From Lepidodermella squamata (taxonomy: Eukaryota > Animalia > Gastrotricha): DNA of 64,000 nucleotides. Shown one piece after another: positions 23,392 to 37,485 of the stretch. The translations under genes and the position numbers were made by a program. The notes beneath the pieces were generated by a model. The model was given only the letters and a program-made list of their open reading frames with translations, searched no databases and was not told where the DNA came from. Position 1 is the first letter of the stretch, and the number at the start of each line of letters is the position of its first letter. The stretch lies in the NCBI GenBank assembly GCA_047495785.1, contig JBLDXI010000017.1, positions 1,798,001 through 1,862,000 of the forward strand. The letters are read 5' to 3'.

Positions 23392-26156
23392 TGGCACCAT
23401 CCGTCATGCTCAAATTTCACCTCACAACCGCTCTATTAATTATGAGTCTTTCTGCAAATGAAGGTAAGATGAATGAACAGCCTGATATCTACAGACCATA
23501 ATTTCAAAGAAAATACCAGTTTTGGGTGCCGAGTCTCATTCTGGGGTTTCCTCGCCAAGCCACGCACACACCAACGAAGAAAAATTAGTCCGCCGACTGA
23601 TGCGGCCGTACGAACGCTCAATGAGACCTGTTTACAATCACACGGAAGCAGTTACTGTTCGAATGAGCGCAACTTTATCGCAAATAATTGACGTGGTACG
23701 AAGTTTCAACTTGCGGAGGTTTCTCTTTCCATTAGTCCTTTTTATTATTTAGGATTTGAGGCAGCAGAAAGTCATTGCAACCATCTGGCTCGATCATGTA
23801 AGCGTCATTGTTTTCGTGTAAATCAATTATATCATTGAATTTCCTCTTCTTTAAAGGAATGGTAGCTTTTGTGATTCGGTCCTGGGTGAGATTTCAAAGT
23901 CGCTCATTTTTTCAGGATAGATCAAAGACTACGCTGGAACCCTGACGATTATTACGGCGTCAAAGTCATCAGGTTGCCTCATTCCATGGTCTGGCTACCT
24001 GATGTCGTTCTTTACAACGCGTAGGCCCAAAAATAGCTTGCTAATAAATTTTTTCTATATTTTGTCTGTACTTGCTATAGGGCGGACGACAAGTCGAGCT
24101 ATCAAGACAGCCTGGTCATTATTTCGAACGATGGAACGGTTTTCTGGCCTCCGATTTCCAACATACATAGTTTTTGTCGAATGGATGTTACATACTTTCC
24201 GTAAGTTTTAACTTGATTATCACATTCATCTGGTTAACTGTTTTAAACGCAGATATGACGATCAATTTTTCTACCTGAAATTCGGCTCATGGAGTCATAC
24301 GGGCGATTTAGTCAACGTCGAGATACGCAATGATGGTGTGGATTTGAGCAATTACATACCGAATGGTGAATGGGACCTTGTTGAAGTTCGCGCGACTCGT
24401 AATGTCATCTTTTACCCATGTTGTCCGGAACCTTTCCCTGACCTGACTTTTTGTAAGATTACTGAACTAACCATATTTTCGTGAAATATGGATATCAATG
24501 TCGACAGATTTCCATATCAGGCGACGGCTGTTGTTCTATATACTGAATATTATCCTGCCGACTACAACGCTTTCAGCTTTGGCACTCCTTTCGTTTTGTT
24601 TACCACCTCATTGCTCGGAAAAAGTGATTTATTGAATTCACATGATGACTAACTAATTGAATTCATTTCCCACTATTATCAGGTTACATTAAGTTTGACA
24701 GTTCTTCTCGCCTACACTGTATTCTTGATGACAGTTTCTGAAAATCTTCCTCGGACATCTGAGTTCCTGCCAATATTTTGTAAATTTTCCTACTTGAACA
24801 CATTCTGTTATAATTGTCTTATTTTGTCCTAACCTAGCTGTCTTCATCACTTTAGTCATGACAGTGACGGCTGCGTCGACGGTTTGCAGCATTTTTGTCA
24901 TTCAAGTTCGTTATCAGGGGAGAACAGGGAAGGAGCCGCCTGGGTGGTTGCTAATTTTAGCCAGACGAGGCATAATTGGTTCAGTACTTCGCCTTTTGAG
25001 GAAGTTACTCTGCTTGATTTTCGGCTGCGGGATGTGGCCTATTATTACGGCGGATGACGATGGCAATAGCATTGCGAATTCTCACGTATCGCCAGGGGCT
25101 GACACAGGGATAGGCGTCCGGAAAGGAATCATGGATAGAAACGAACCTTTCTCCATTAAACAGCCGAGGGGATTAGGTGTCGGACGAGACGAGCAAGAGT
25201 ACATGTTTGCAGTAATCGATGAGTGGGAAGACAACGAAATTCAAGAAGGCGAAAGTCACAGAGTCGCAACTTCCCTCACGGGAAACGCATCAATCGATTG
25301 TGAGCTCGATAATGCGAAATTCAAGTCGAATTTAATTCGAGGGAAAAAAATCGGCAAACGATTTGCCAAACCAAATGCCTCGCCACGTCTGCCAGGCTAC
25401 CTCAACTCGATGGACACGATAAGGGGCGATGAGGCTGAGATTGAGGAAGATGTTGACATTGAACTTCACGAAGATGAAGAAGACTGTCATTACGAATCAC
25501 TTGAAAACATGAGAATGGATAACTTGCCCGATCTCGAGGATTTCGGGGGAAGTTCTACGCGGCTAGAATCCTCAGTTCACCCGTTGAAAAGAGGAACTCG
25601 GAAACGAATCTTAGCTTACAGACGTAGTCCGATATGGGATAGATCGAACTACATCTGTAAAGCCGATGCTTCTCGTTATGAGCGGAATTTAACCAGTATG
25701 CTGAGAACATTGGCAAAGCAGCACCGATCGGAAAGCCGCGACAACGCGATCGAAAAATTGTGGACGGAAGGTCAGAAACGCACTGAGTTTTGTTGTTTTT
25801 TCGAACTTATGTGTTTTTATTTTTGTAATTTCCGATGCGCCAACACAGTTTCGACGATGATGAATCGTTGTTTCCTATTTATCTTTTTGTTGATTAATTT
25901 CGCTGCGACCATCGTCGTGCTAGTCATCATTCCGATGGCTAAAAAGGGCGCTTCAATCGATACGTTTATCAAATCGCGAAATCTCATGAATCACAGTATG
26001 GCAACGACAAACGGCGACTCGGCGGTGTCGCTGTCGCATCACGAGGATGACGAGACAGCTGAAGTTGCCGCGGGCGACGATGACAATGCCGTTATAGAAG
26101 ATGGCTCGCCGATCGATCAGCCTTATTATTATCACGTTTTGCGCAGATTTTTTTAG
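23392..26156 (+). CDS. Nicotinic acetylcholine receptor alpha-type subunit (pentameric ligand-gated cation channel)
   Basis: Signal peptide, [63 protein letters not shown], loop C YPCC, TM1 [30 protein letters not shown] (cation-type M2), TM3, long intracellular loop, TM4; about 10 exons. Confidence 0.95.
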
Positions 26157-28497
26157 CGGGTAAACAATAAAAAAATATAATTTGATTCTTGCGGTTATTC
26201 ATAGCGCACGAATGATTTTCTTGCTTAATTTTATGTCTCCCACCTGTCAAGTTACCTTCCAAATTTTAGACGATAATAAAACTAGGCATATGTGCGGTGA
26301 AATAACGTATTTTGGCGTAATTATAACTTTCGATGGGACTTGAGATAAACTATAACTTCATAAGCACTGGAATTCTCGATGCCTTCGTTTATTGGAAAGG
26401 TTTGAAATTTGAGGAAATATCGGCTTCACGTACTTCCGGAATGTTTGGATTAAATTACAATATCTAGATGAATTGCGCAGGTTTGAACAGAGTCTGGCTA
26501 TCTGATACTTCCAACGCATTTTTTCTCTGCTGCACTGGTTTTATATTTTTTGTCATTCACTGCGCGATTTCAAAATATTACAGCCCAGATTTTTTAGGAC
26601 GACTCTTTACACTAATTGAGATGAGTCAAAACAAAAGCTACGCAGACATGGTGCTAATCTCATCTGCCCCCAATTCATCAAATCTGTAATGAGATTATCC
26701 TACTTTCCAGCCGCTCTTCTCCTCAAGTAGATTCGCAGCGATTTTCGTTGGTTTCTATTTTAGTGCCACTGCTGATATTATAAAATGATTTATAATACAG
26801 TTCTGTGTTGGATCAACTAATATTAATAATAATAATAAAAGCGGCCAATTATTTATGTGCGATTATTTTTAACCACGCCGCATTTATCATCGACCTTCGC
26901 CTCGTCCGTTATCACGTGTGCTGCGTGCTATCACCTGCGCCTGTAGTTTTAGTACTGCTTGCATACATTTTTATCGCTGTTTTTAACCCATAGCCTCGAG
27001 TGCTGTTGTTTTCGAATATGCGTGTTGCTATTAGACGCAGACGCATTAATAGCCTACATGTGGCCGGCTTCGTCAATTTGCGTGCCCTCAGTTGGCTTAA
27101 TTCTCGCCATTCTCCTTTCAAACATTTTATTTAACCTTTTCTTACAATTTTTCTATTCAACGCGACGTGGGCCAGCCTGTACCTTCACCGCAATATTTAC
27201 CTTGCTATTCCTTGAATAGATGTTCTTTTCAGGAATTATTTAGGTATACGCTGAAAGCTTAATAATTATAAATGAAAATCTTATAATATGGGAAAAGTTG
27301 CCATTTTAGCGACACACTCGTCGGAGATGGGAATTATTTTTAGAAAGTTTTCGCACTTTTAATTTTTTTTTTACTATCATATATCATGCCATTTTCTTAC
27401 TGCGCCGCGTATGTTTTATAGCATTTGGACACGAATTAAAACATTTCGCATACACACACAGTTGTCATTTAATTTCACTCTCTCGCCGCACTACGCCCGC
27501 ATCGCGCGCCGGCTATCGATCGCATGCGCATAATATAGAATAAGTCGGAAAAATAAAGCTAGCTGCTTTATAAAGCTTACTGTTTGATAAAGTCACCTCA
27601 AGCTGTCTGGATCGTTGCTGCATAAATATTGAGAGAAGCTTTCCGCGTTTTAATTTGCTGAGTGCAGATTTTACATACACGATTATTTTTACACTGAATT
27701 TTGAAACTCGCCTCATTGCAAGCTTATCTCTTTTTTTTTACTGCTAAATTCATGCTCCGTTGGGGTAAATCTTGTTCCATTTTTGTACCATTTCCTCTTG
27801 TCTGACCAAATGAGGCCAAAAAATTATCTACTGTAAAATGACCGATTTTTTTATGCCCAGCTTAATGCGATTTTTTATTACCGGTTTGAGGTGTGGCGTT
27901 ATCGCTTGCCTCATCGAATATTTTTGCCAACCTTCGGCGTGAATTAATAATTTATAAGACAAGAACTAGCATTGCTTGTTTTCACCTCCGCCAGCGGAGA
28001 TGTTGAAAAAAATATACTCAACACATTTTTACATGGATTGTAAATGTTTATGTATAGGCTTTTTCGGTTGTAGGTATTACGTTATGTGAGGTCTAGGGCG
28101 ACGCTAGGCTGAAAGCAAGCACGAACGCAGCTAATATAATACAATATTGTGAAAATGAAGCGGCAGTAGTGCGTATGTGTATGTGCCTGTCACTCAGATG
28201 ATGCTTGTATTTTACTGCTGCGCTCGGTACAAAGGCAAGCAAATATACACGCGTAGCTTCATTATATTGCTGCTGTTTAGTTTTCATTTCACATATAATT
28301 TTTAAAATTTGTGTCGTTCCATTTATACAACATAATTTCACGTCTTGTGCCACTGAGGTTCAAAGGTGGCTGATGGAACCAAGCCCTAATATAATTTGAA
28401 ATTTGAAATTTTTGCTTTAGAAATAATTTGTTAAATTATTATTATAGTTGTCTGTAAATGAGAACATGCTTATCTACTACATTTTTTATTCTAATAA

Positions 28498-31400
28498 ATG
28501 CATCGAGCGCATTTGAGCAGCATTGACGATAACGTCGTCGAGGAACCGCTGCCGACCGCCGACGCCTTAGTCGATCAACGCCGCGATCATCACGTTGTGA
28601 AATTTTCATCCCAAATCGATACTTTGCCGCACTATAACAACAATAACCGTCATGCAAATATGATGACCGAAGTTGGGTCGAAGCAAGGCGCTGCGAGTAA
28701 TGGCGCGCCGCATCCCGACGATGGTGTCATCGAGGTCAGCGAGTCGCCCGAGCCGGCTGAATATGACGATCGGCGGCTAATTGTAGCTGAAGACGACAGC
28801 AGCAAAGCTGAAGCTATGTCGCCTAGTTATACAAATCACGCGGCGATCGATTTGACGAACAGCAGCCTCAATGCTAGCTACGAACATCCTTCCTCTGCTT
28901 CTATGCCTGGAGGCGTTCAAATTTCAATCGCCGACGCTGCTAATCCAAACGGTCCTAAAACTGATTGTGCAGTAAGCTTTTGTTTACATTTCATCAGCAA
29001 TATAGTTTTAAGGTGGAATTTTAGCAATTATTAAGCGCTACCTAGTTGTTATCGATCGCTATATAGCAAAAACTAGGCGATAAACATATTTTCAAGTGCT
29101 CATTTGTACTAGATTCACCGGACAAAAAAAATCGATAATAAATGTGCGTGCATTATTTGCTTTTCAGATATGTGGAAATCCGGCCACGGGAACCACATTC
29201 GGCTTCGATAGCTGTAATCCGTGCAAGGTAACCCAGCGCAATAATCAAGCCGAAGCAAAATCATTCGACATATCATTAATGCCTTCAATTTTTCAGCTCA
29301 TTTTTACCATTTTTTCGCTCCCCACGAGGTAAATCTCATCAAAATTAACCATTTTTACCATTTTTTCAATTTTTTTGCAATTTTTTTGATGAATTTTTAA
29401 ATAACTTTTTGTGAGGTTATTTCCCTTTATTTTTCCGGATTTTTCTCGCTGTTTTTTTCGCGCATGCCCAGAAGAACTGTTAGTTGAGGTTTTGCGCGAT
29501 TAATTTTTCAGAAATTTTTTCAACGGCATCGCTTTGACCGCATAAGCGAGATACGCTGCGAGTTGGGCGGCCGTTCTGTTTGCGATTTGTCGAAGCGCCG
29601 GCCATGCACGAAATGCCGCCTGCTACGATGCCTAAGGTTGTCGAAGCAAACATCAGCAAGTTTCGTCCGCGATGCTGTAATTGTTTAACCAGCGTTTGTT
29701 ATTCGAAATTTATTATTATTATTTTTGATTATAGGAGAAAAACAACAAGCAAATTCATAAGCACATCAATGTAATATCGCGCCTTCGCTCGTTTATTAGC
29801 GAGCGCGGCACTGACGGCTACACAAATAACACGGGCAATAACGTCAACAACGGCGTCAATCCAGATCTCTGCGAACTAGCCGGCACCGGGCCGTTATCGC
29901 CAAGTGCTATCAGCTTTTCGTCGTCGTCGTCGAGCAGTGATGATGAAGAAGAAGACATCTCGAGGAGTTCATCGGCCCGGCCCAGCCAGGTTCCAATGCC
30001 GTCGTTCAGGCCGCAGGTGTCACAAATGCCGGCAAGTCCGCGTTTTATGGCGCCGTCGTCCGTGCCGGATCCGTTATCGGCCTACGCGCCCCCACCCCCG
30101 CCACCACCGCCGCCGTCTTATTTTTCTCAGCAATTAAAAGCTCAAATGCTCAGTGAATCACCGTTTGCTCCGCCTGCATTTTTGAACTCGCCATCATCTG
30201 CATCTCAGGTAAATTTCTGATTTATTTTTCTGGCCAAAAAAATCAATCTAAAATCGGGAGATTGTCCTTTTTCTGACAAAACACGTTTTCCGTCTTCCTA
30301 AGGCTACAATTTTGTGTAGAGCTCTTAATGCGACAAAAGCTACGCCTTGGTCTACCATTTTTTTTTCATGCTAAAAGCCAAATGCGCTTTTAATTAACCC
30401 TTCCGAAAATACGACCGCAGTGCGCGAGATGTTTTTTTTTGTGAGGCTGATATTTGTTGCGTCTTATCGCGTCTTATCGCATGCTGTAGCCGGCGACTAT
30501 TTGTTCAGACGTGTACGGCTACATTATTTGTCACGTGGGACAACGGAAATTATCCAGTACAAAATATTGAAAGATAAAAATTCCTCCTTAAAAAATCCTT
30601 TTTTTAAATATTTTTCTGTTTTTTTTTCAGTATCCGCAACCAGCTTCGTCTAACGAAGAACTGCGCGCGAGAAGTGCATTCGTTCGTCTCGGATCTTTGA
30701 ACCGGCTGATCTATGACTTTCATCAACGCGGCGGAAATAACGGCAACATCGAGGCGCCGTCGTCGAGCGGCCACTCGCCGGTGATCAGGCCTTCACCCGT
30801 AACGCCCAGCCGTAATATTATTAGTCAGCACCCTATTTTCGCATCATTGTCACCCGCTACTGCTGCTGCTGCTGAAACATCATCGCCTTCGTCGCCGCTG
30901 CCGCTATTCCCCGGGCGAATAATGGCGTCGTTGTTGCCATTCACACGGCCGCCGGTTGTGAACACGCCGCCCTCTGCAAATTCCATCAACCCAGCTGCCT
31001 TGTTAGGCCAAAGCGCGCGAGCCCAACTCGCCGCCGCTACTACGTCACCGTCTACCTCGTCGGGCAGCAATAGCGAATCACTGGCTGATATACCGCCGAA
31101 CCTTCTCGCCGCTCAAATGCTGATGATGTCGTCGGATCCAAATTTTAGCAATCGCGAATTTATCGCGCGAAGTTCAGACGCCATTGCGTCGACGTTCAAC
31201 ACGTTCTGCTCGGCTTTTGTCGCTGTTGTCGGTGCCTTGTCAGAGTCGGAGAAAAATAACCTGATAACACACGGATTTCACCTCAACCCATTCCACTCGC
31301 CTAGCATTTCTGATCTAACTGTCGCGTTTCAGTTGTATTTTGCTGTTTTGTTAAATCCAGAATCGATGGTAAAAAAAACTAAATTTTTGCTTTTAAATTT

Positions 31401-31933
31401 TCAACATTTTTTCCTATAGATTTCGCGTGAAGTCGTCCTGTTGACGCAGGCACAAAATCCAACTTTTGCCGAGTTGGCATTTCTACCTTCGCTTCAGTTG
31501 TGCCAAGATAGTGTCGAGGGACAACGTAAGTCTTTGCAGTTTTTTAGAACTAACAACTTTATTTTTGAACTAAAACAACCGATCAAACCAAGCTAAATTG
31601 TTATGAAAATCTATAGTTTGCATACACTAAGGCTTGATTTTGCTTGAATTTCCGATCCCCTGATGTTAGGAAAAGCAGATAAATTCCATGACACCACATC
31701 GCAACACGCAGAACACCTGGGGTGCTGTTATTCTCGAACTTGTTATGATAATTTTTCATTTATTTTTTGTGAGCTCGTTTGACGCGATTTATGCTCTATA
31801 TTAATATAATATTACGTCAAATTATTGCGTGTATATCAGTCTAATTGGCGATGGATCGACGATGAAGATCTCAGGGATAAATGAATGGCAAGCGTTCCCG
31901 ACTTTTTTGTTAGGACTTGATAACAGAAATTAA
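28498..31933 (+). CDS. Divergent nuclear receptor 1 (P-box CNPCK; remodelled LBD)
   Basis: Exons approx 28498-28971, 29169-29228, 29512-29677, 29734-30208, 30632-31368, 31420-31525, 31914-31933 (last exon tentative). DBD CA|ICGNPATGTTFGFDSCNPCK|KFFQRH..CELGGRSVCDLSKRRPCTKCRLLRC. Confidence 0.82.
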
Positions 31934-33960
31934 CTGTCGTGTTCATTTCTTGTTGCGGCGTGACATTTTAGCCGACTTGAAAGCTGACGATGATGATAAA
32001 AGGCGGCGGAAACCGAGTTGCAATCAAAATGGCGGCGCCGTTTTTCCAAGCAATCATTCGTCTCCGGTTGCGTCGTGAAACTCCGTGAAAACCCGGCCTT
32101 GAAACGGATCGGCAATTCTTCGAAAAATCGGAAGCGGGCTACGCGGTTCCGATGTTGATTAGCGAGGAAGAAGAGACTAAATTTAGTAACATAGCAGTAA
32201 AATATTTTCTAATTAGCTAAATTCAGCTAATTTTTTAAATTACAACTAACACTGCTTCCATTTTCGTGTATCTTTACTCTTATGTGATGAATAGTCGAAA
32301 ATCATAGCGGCTATTTTCTATCGGCGTTGTATCAAGTTGTCTTTCGATGATGACGTCTACTTCATCCAAAACAAAAACTTCGATTGAAAATAAAAGAGTG
32401 ATAAGCAATTTTTAACGCTAACGCATCCATTTCACCCATCATGCACGCACGCACACACAGACGCATTTTTTTCATTCGTGGTAGTTGTGAATTGACTACT
32501 GGTATATAGGTCGGAATCATCGCTGAGAAACAGACGACAGACGTAAGCTCTACTTCGGCTATTCGGCTAATTCAGGCCGATATAAAAAAAGAACACCTGG
32601 GATTAATGTTGACCTTATCAATAGGGCGCTTCGATGCAAGTCTGTATGTGCCGATTTTGATCAATTTGCACAACATTCGGCGAACATTCACGAATGCATT
32701 CCGTCCGAGTACCGATAACTGAAGGATGATTGCTGAAAGCTGCTTTTTCCTCGTCATGCACGTTGAGTCTAGAGACTGAAAAACGATATGTATAGGAGAA
32801 ATTATTCTGTTCGCTGGATGTTTAGTTTTCGTGCTTCAATTTTTTCAAGTCAAGTCGTTGAAATTAAGAGACCAATAATTATGAAGACCATATTACTACT
32901 GTCTGGTGTAACAAAATTGCCGATTAATATCGGCCGATCTTCAATTTTGTTTCACGCAGCCTATATTGTTGCTGTTGTTGTTGATTGTTGATTGCTATAT
33001 ATTATGTTGAAGCAACTAATCACAAGTCTTTTCAGCATCTGCTCGATGTGAGAAAATGTTGTTTGTTTGTTAATTTTTTTCGAAAAAAAAGTATGAAGCC
33101 TATTGCATTACTTGTCGTGGATGACTGACTATACGTGGATCCGCAGTCTATCAACTCATCTATATTTTGCATTGTGTACTATTTATCAAGAATACTGCAG
33201 TTTGATTACCTTCTAAAATGTAAAGATGGAATCATTCGCAAGATGCGATCGATTTAATTTGCTGCGTGCGCATCACTGTACTTTTCTTCTATTCGGTAAA
33301 GATAAAGATAGCTACTTAAATATTACGTTTTATTGTTGAACTATTGATGAGATGTGATGATATGGATGATGAACTTTTCTATGTTTCAAGGGCATAAGGC
33401 GACGGAGAGAATAAATCACAACTGAGTTTTAGCAATTGTTTTCCTCATGTTATAGAAATCTAAAAATATAAGAAGGGCTAATTAAATTAACTGGAGCCGA
33501 TTTCCCGACAAAATGACGGTGTATTGTTTGTTTTTCGAAATAAAAAATATGATGTGAAAGGGGACATATCGCAGGTTTCGCGCCGTAACAATGCGCCGGA
33601 AATAGAAAGAAATGGCGTAATGCCTTAGATGCGCAAAAAAGTGGTGTTAATATGCACGCGACAGACCTGGCGACGATGGAAAAAGTTGGTTTTACGCCAC
33701 TTGATTCTATTTACGGCACAGTGTTATTGCGCGCAACCCGAGATATTCACCCGATACGAGAAAGCAGCTGTGATTCATGGAAGTATTATGGATAATTTAT
33801 TGTTCAATAGAGGATGCATAAGCCGAGACATTTTTTGGCTAGAAATGGTTGGTGTTTACAATTTTAATTTTCAATATAGCCCAACGTGCACGCAATGCTG
33901 GCTACCGTTACCGTGAAAACGTTTTTGTCACCTTTTCTAATTGGGTTCAATTCGCACTTG

Positions 33961-34337
33961 GTACCCGTTTTCGACCTTTAGTACTTGAAGGGGTTCCGGC
34001 TGCGGATAATTGAAACTTTTTTGCTAAAAATATTCGATGTTTTTAACTGATTAAGGCTCATACTTCACCTGGTTGGAAAAAGCGATTCCACTGGATGACG
34101 TTTTAGGTGATAAAGTCGCAGCGGAACCTTTAAGAAAGGTCAGGTAGCTCAAGATTCAGTTGTAATGATAAAATCTAACAAAAATCAGCTTTTTTCACAG
34201 CAAATAAGATAAGGCCAGATCGTTTTTTCCAACCAGATGAAGAATGAGCCTTACTCAGATAAAAACATCGAATATTTTGAGCAAAAAAGTTTCAATTATT
34301 CGCAGCCGGAAGTCCCTTGCAAGTCAAAATCGTGTAC
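33961..34337. mobile_element. MITE / foldback element with about 105-bp terminal inverted repeats
   Basis: 33983-34086 (acttgaaggggttccggctgcggataattgaaac...ctggttggaaaaagcgat) is the near reverse complement of 34219-34324. Weaker pairing extends out to the flanking gTAc on both sides. Confidence 0.8.
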
Positions 34338-37300
34338 TTTTCTGCTGTTTTATATCCATAAAAATTACGCAGAATTTTAAAGATCATCGACTCTGAACAG
34401 TTTTGGAATTTGGAATTAGATTCCTCAATCCTCCGCCATTGGTTTTTCTGCATAATTTGTTCATAATTTGGTTCTTCTGCAGGTTAATTTTGCTGATCTA
34501 CCAGATTCGTTATACTCGAAATATTTTACGTGAGTTCTCTGATGCGGTCTCAAGTTTAGATTGAAAAGCATAAATTATTCTCAGATACCCCATGGCGAGG
34601 CGAGAGAAATGTCCAACTGCGTTTCCACGATGAAAACGGGCCAGGCATTTAATATAAGCGAGCGAATGAAACATGTGAAAATAGGCCAAGACGGCAAACA
34701 AATTTAATGACGATGATTTCATTACATTTCTGTAGAGGGAAAGAGAAAGCTGGAAGTGGAACTAAATTAAGCACTTGAAACATATAAGCTTAGCGTCACA
34801 AAACACAGCGTTGCAGGCGTCGTGAAGCAACAACATGAAAACAATAACACAACTGCGTCCATGCAAAACCGTTATTTTTCAATAGCAGCTCATTGCATCG
34901 CCTCGCAACATGCTCGCATCCGAGCGCGCGGTAGCAAGGTTTTTCGCCGCCAGATTTACCACTGTGATTCTTGTGAAATTGATGGGTGAAATTTACTTTT
35001 CGCATTTTTGATCCGTTGTGCTGTTTTATTGCTCAAATTTCCTCTGCAAATGTAGTGATTTTGACCCGGGCCCATGAATCCATGCGTCCATGAATGGATC
35101 CATTATTTAAGCTCTTATTTGTCAGGTTAGCTTTTAGCGGAACCAAATTTCAATAGTTGGCACCAAACGCGAGCTATCAAATAGTGCCATTTTCGAATAA
35201 TTTTGACAAATAAGCCGGCTTTATACCGTAAATTATTAAAATTTATTCAGATTTTTTAAATTAATCTTTAAATTCCTGAAAATTTCGAAAAAGCCTATTG
35301 AGTAATTAAAATTTGGTTCCGCTATTATTGAGACCCGTAACGTCAAACGTGGTGCCAAAATGGGGTGACTTGGCATAGCAAAATCTCGAAAGTGGCTTAT
35401 ATAGGGGTACCATTTGATAGCCGCCATATAGATTGCACCCGAATATGACGTGGTTTTAATCATTTCGATTACACTAGCTCAACCGCAAAGTCATCAAAAT
35501 TCTGTCGAAAATCAAAAATCGAATTTTCAAATGAACTTTACATGCCCCTAGTTATAACAGGTAATGAAACGGGTTAAGCTAACCTTTTATAGGGCTATCA
35601 TCGTGAACTGCGTAGCTCTCCAAGTCGCGAACTTAACCGCTTCCTGTCGCCTGTGAATGGATCGGCTCATGCGCGGTTTTTTATCCCGAGGAGGAGGCGA
35701 TGATTGCGATGACGTAGTAATAATTAATGCGTGCCAGACCTGGCCATTATTTGAGGCCTGACCTTTATTATTTCGATTGACTTTCGGACCCCGTCTTATA
35801 TTTGAGGCCGACTTTTAAACGAGGCTGACTAACTTTTCGGGCAGTACGGTATGCACGAACATCCGGATCCATTTTTCGATAGGCTCGAACCACTGCCTAA
35901 AATTATAAGCCTATCGCTTAATTTAGATGAAACCATTTCGTGCCCTTTTCTTTTCGTACATTACTGCAGAACACGAACGATATGATGCTGTGAACGGCGC
36001 AATACCTAGGTAATTTTTGCAGCCAACACTGACTGTTAGTAAAACTAGACGTCAGCAGGAAGAGCGCACGCGTATGATGATATCGAAAATGACACGCGTG
36101 TGTTTTATGAATGATGGAGCGCAGCCTGTGTGTTATAGGTACACGATAATTCTCTAAGGGTTACGTTCCGGGCAAAGCGCGGCCTCACCTTTACAGCCGC
36201 AGCCTAGTAGCATTTAGCATCCTCGCAAATTCAAAGTAACTGATTCTCACTGCGTGCTAGGTGATGAGCGGCGATATATAAAAGTTATATGTAGTAATAT
36301 AACTATTACCTGCTCAGCTGCTGACCGACGCTCTCATTTTGTTTCACGAATCGCCCAATAAAATAAACAATATTTAGGCAATTTGTCCTTTGTCTGCAAC
36401 ACGCCCGCCTACTATTATTATCACTGCTGCTCTGTCGCATCATCTCGCTGTCGTTTTCGATCTCACGTAACGCGTTGATGCTATATGCCGCGCCTCGCCT
36501 CGCCTCGTCTCAATTTTGATATAACTTTATAGCAGCCACCAAAACACAGCATGACATCAGGATTTTATTGTCCGTCAATTTCAAATTATTTCCGGTTGAA
36601 TATTGAACACCTGTGCTTTTGCCGATAAAATTTCCTGAAAATCCCTATTCGAAAATCTTTCCCCTATTATACTTTTCACTACCTATTTTTAAACTTTTTT
36701 ATTGCCCCCAGTTTTCAATCACATCTGGCTTTTTATTTCTTTCTCTATGGTTTAATTTTAATTTAGGGTTTTCGTTGTACATTTTTGGGGTCACTTTGAG
36801 ATTTTTTAACGTTTTTCGGTATAATTCAAGCACTCGCAGAAATCCTTAATTAAACATGTTCCCTTATCATTTTTTGTATTGTAGAATTTCAAGTAGAGCG
36901 GCAACGGCATGCAACCGGGACAATGAACAGTAAACAACGCATAACGTCTCTGCATAAAGTCTGTATATTTTAAGACCAAAATTCGTTTGATGTCACATGC
37001 GCTTGTTGTTACTGAAAACCCTGAAAACAGTTTCGGACTGATGTTTAGACAAGTTGGCCCACGTTTCGGCGTGTTGCTCGTGTACCTAGCGTAACCAGCA
37101 CCCGTTAACAAAACAACAAATATCTTCATCTCTTCCATTATCTTGCACGTTCAGGTGCTCTTGCTTGTTGTTTTTCCGTTTCATATATAGCAAGTCGCCA
37201 GAGCGGGAGAAAATCTCCCCCAATCACCCATCCGCCTTGGATGACGAGGCGCCGATCTATAATACATTTGCTCTCATTTAATTATAGACTTTACGATTGA

Positions 37301-37356
37301 AAAAAATCAGATTTTTTTTAATTTTACAAATATATTGTAGAACTAAAATATTATAT

Positions 37357-37485
37357 GGAAATTATTATAGGGAAATATTATAGGGAAATATTATAGGGAA
37401 ATCCGGAAACCGGATAGGAAACCGGCCGTCAAGACTCGCGAAATTGATTATAATCAATTTCGCGAGTCTTGATGGCCGGTTTCCT
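37357..37485. repeat. Tandem 13-mer (GGGAAATATTATA x3) followed by a 70-bp near-perfect palindrome
   Basis: 37416-37485 AGGAAACCGGCCGTCAAGACTCGCGAAATTGATTA|TAATCAATTTCGCGAGTCTTGATGGCCGGTTTCCT has one mismatch and no loop. Confidence 0.9.

Noticed and set aside
35090-35900. Nested short inverted repeats and a TACGGTA pogo-like end
   Set aside because: Probably MITE debris, but matching termini could not be defined.
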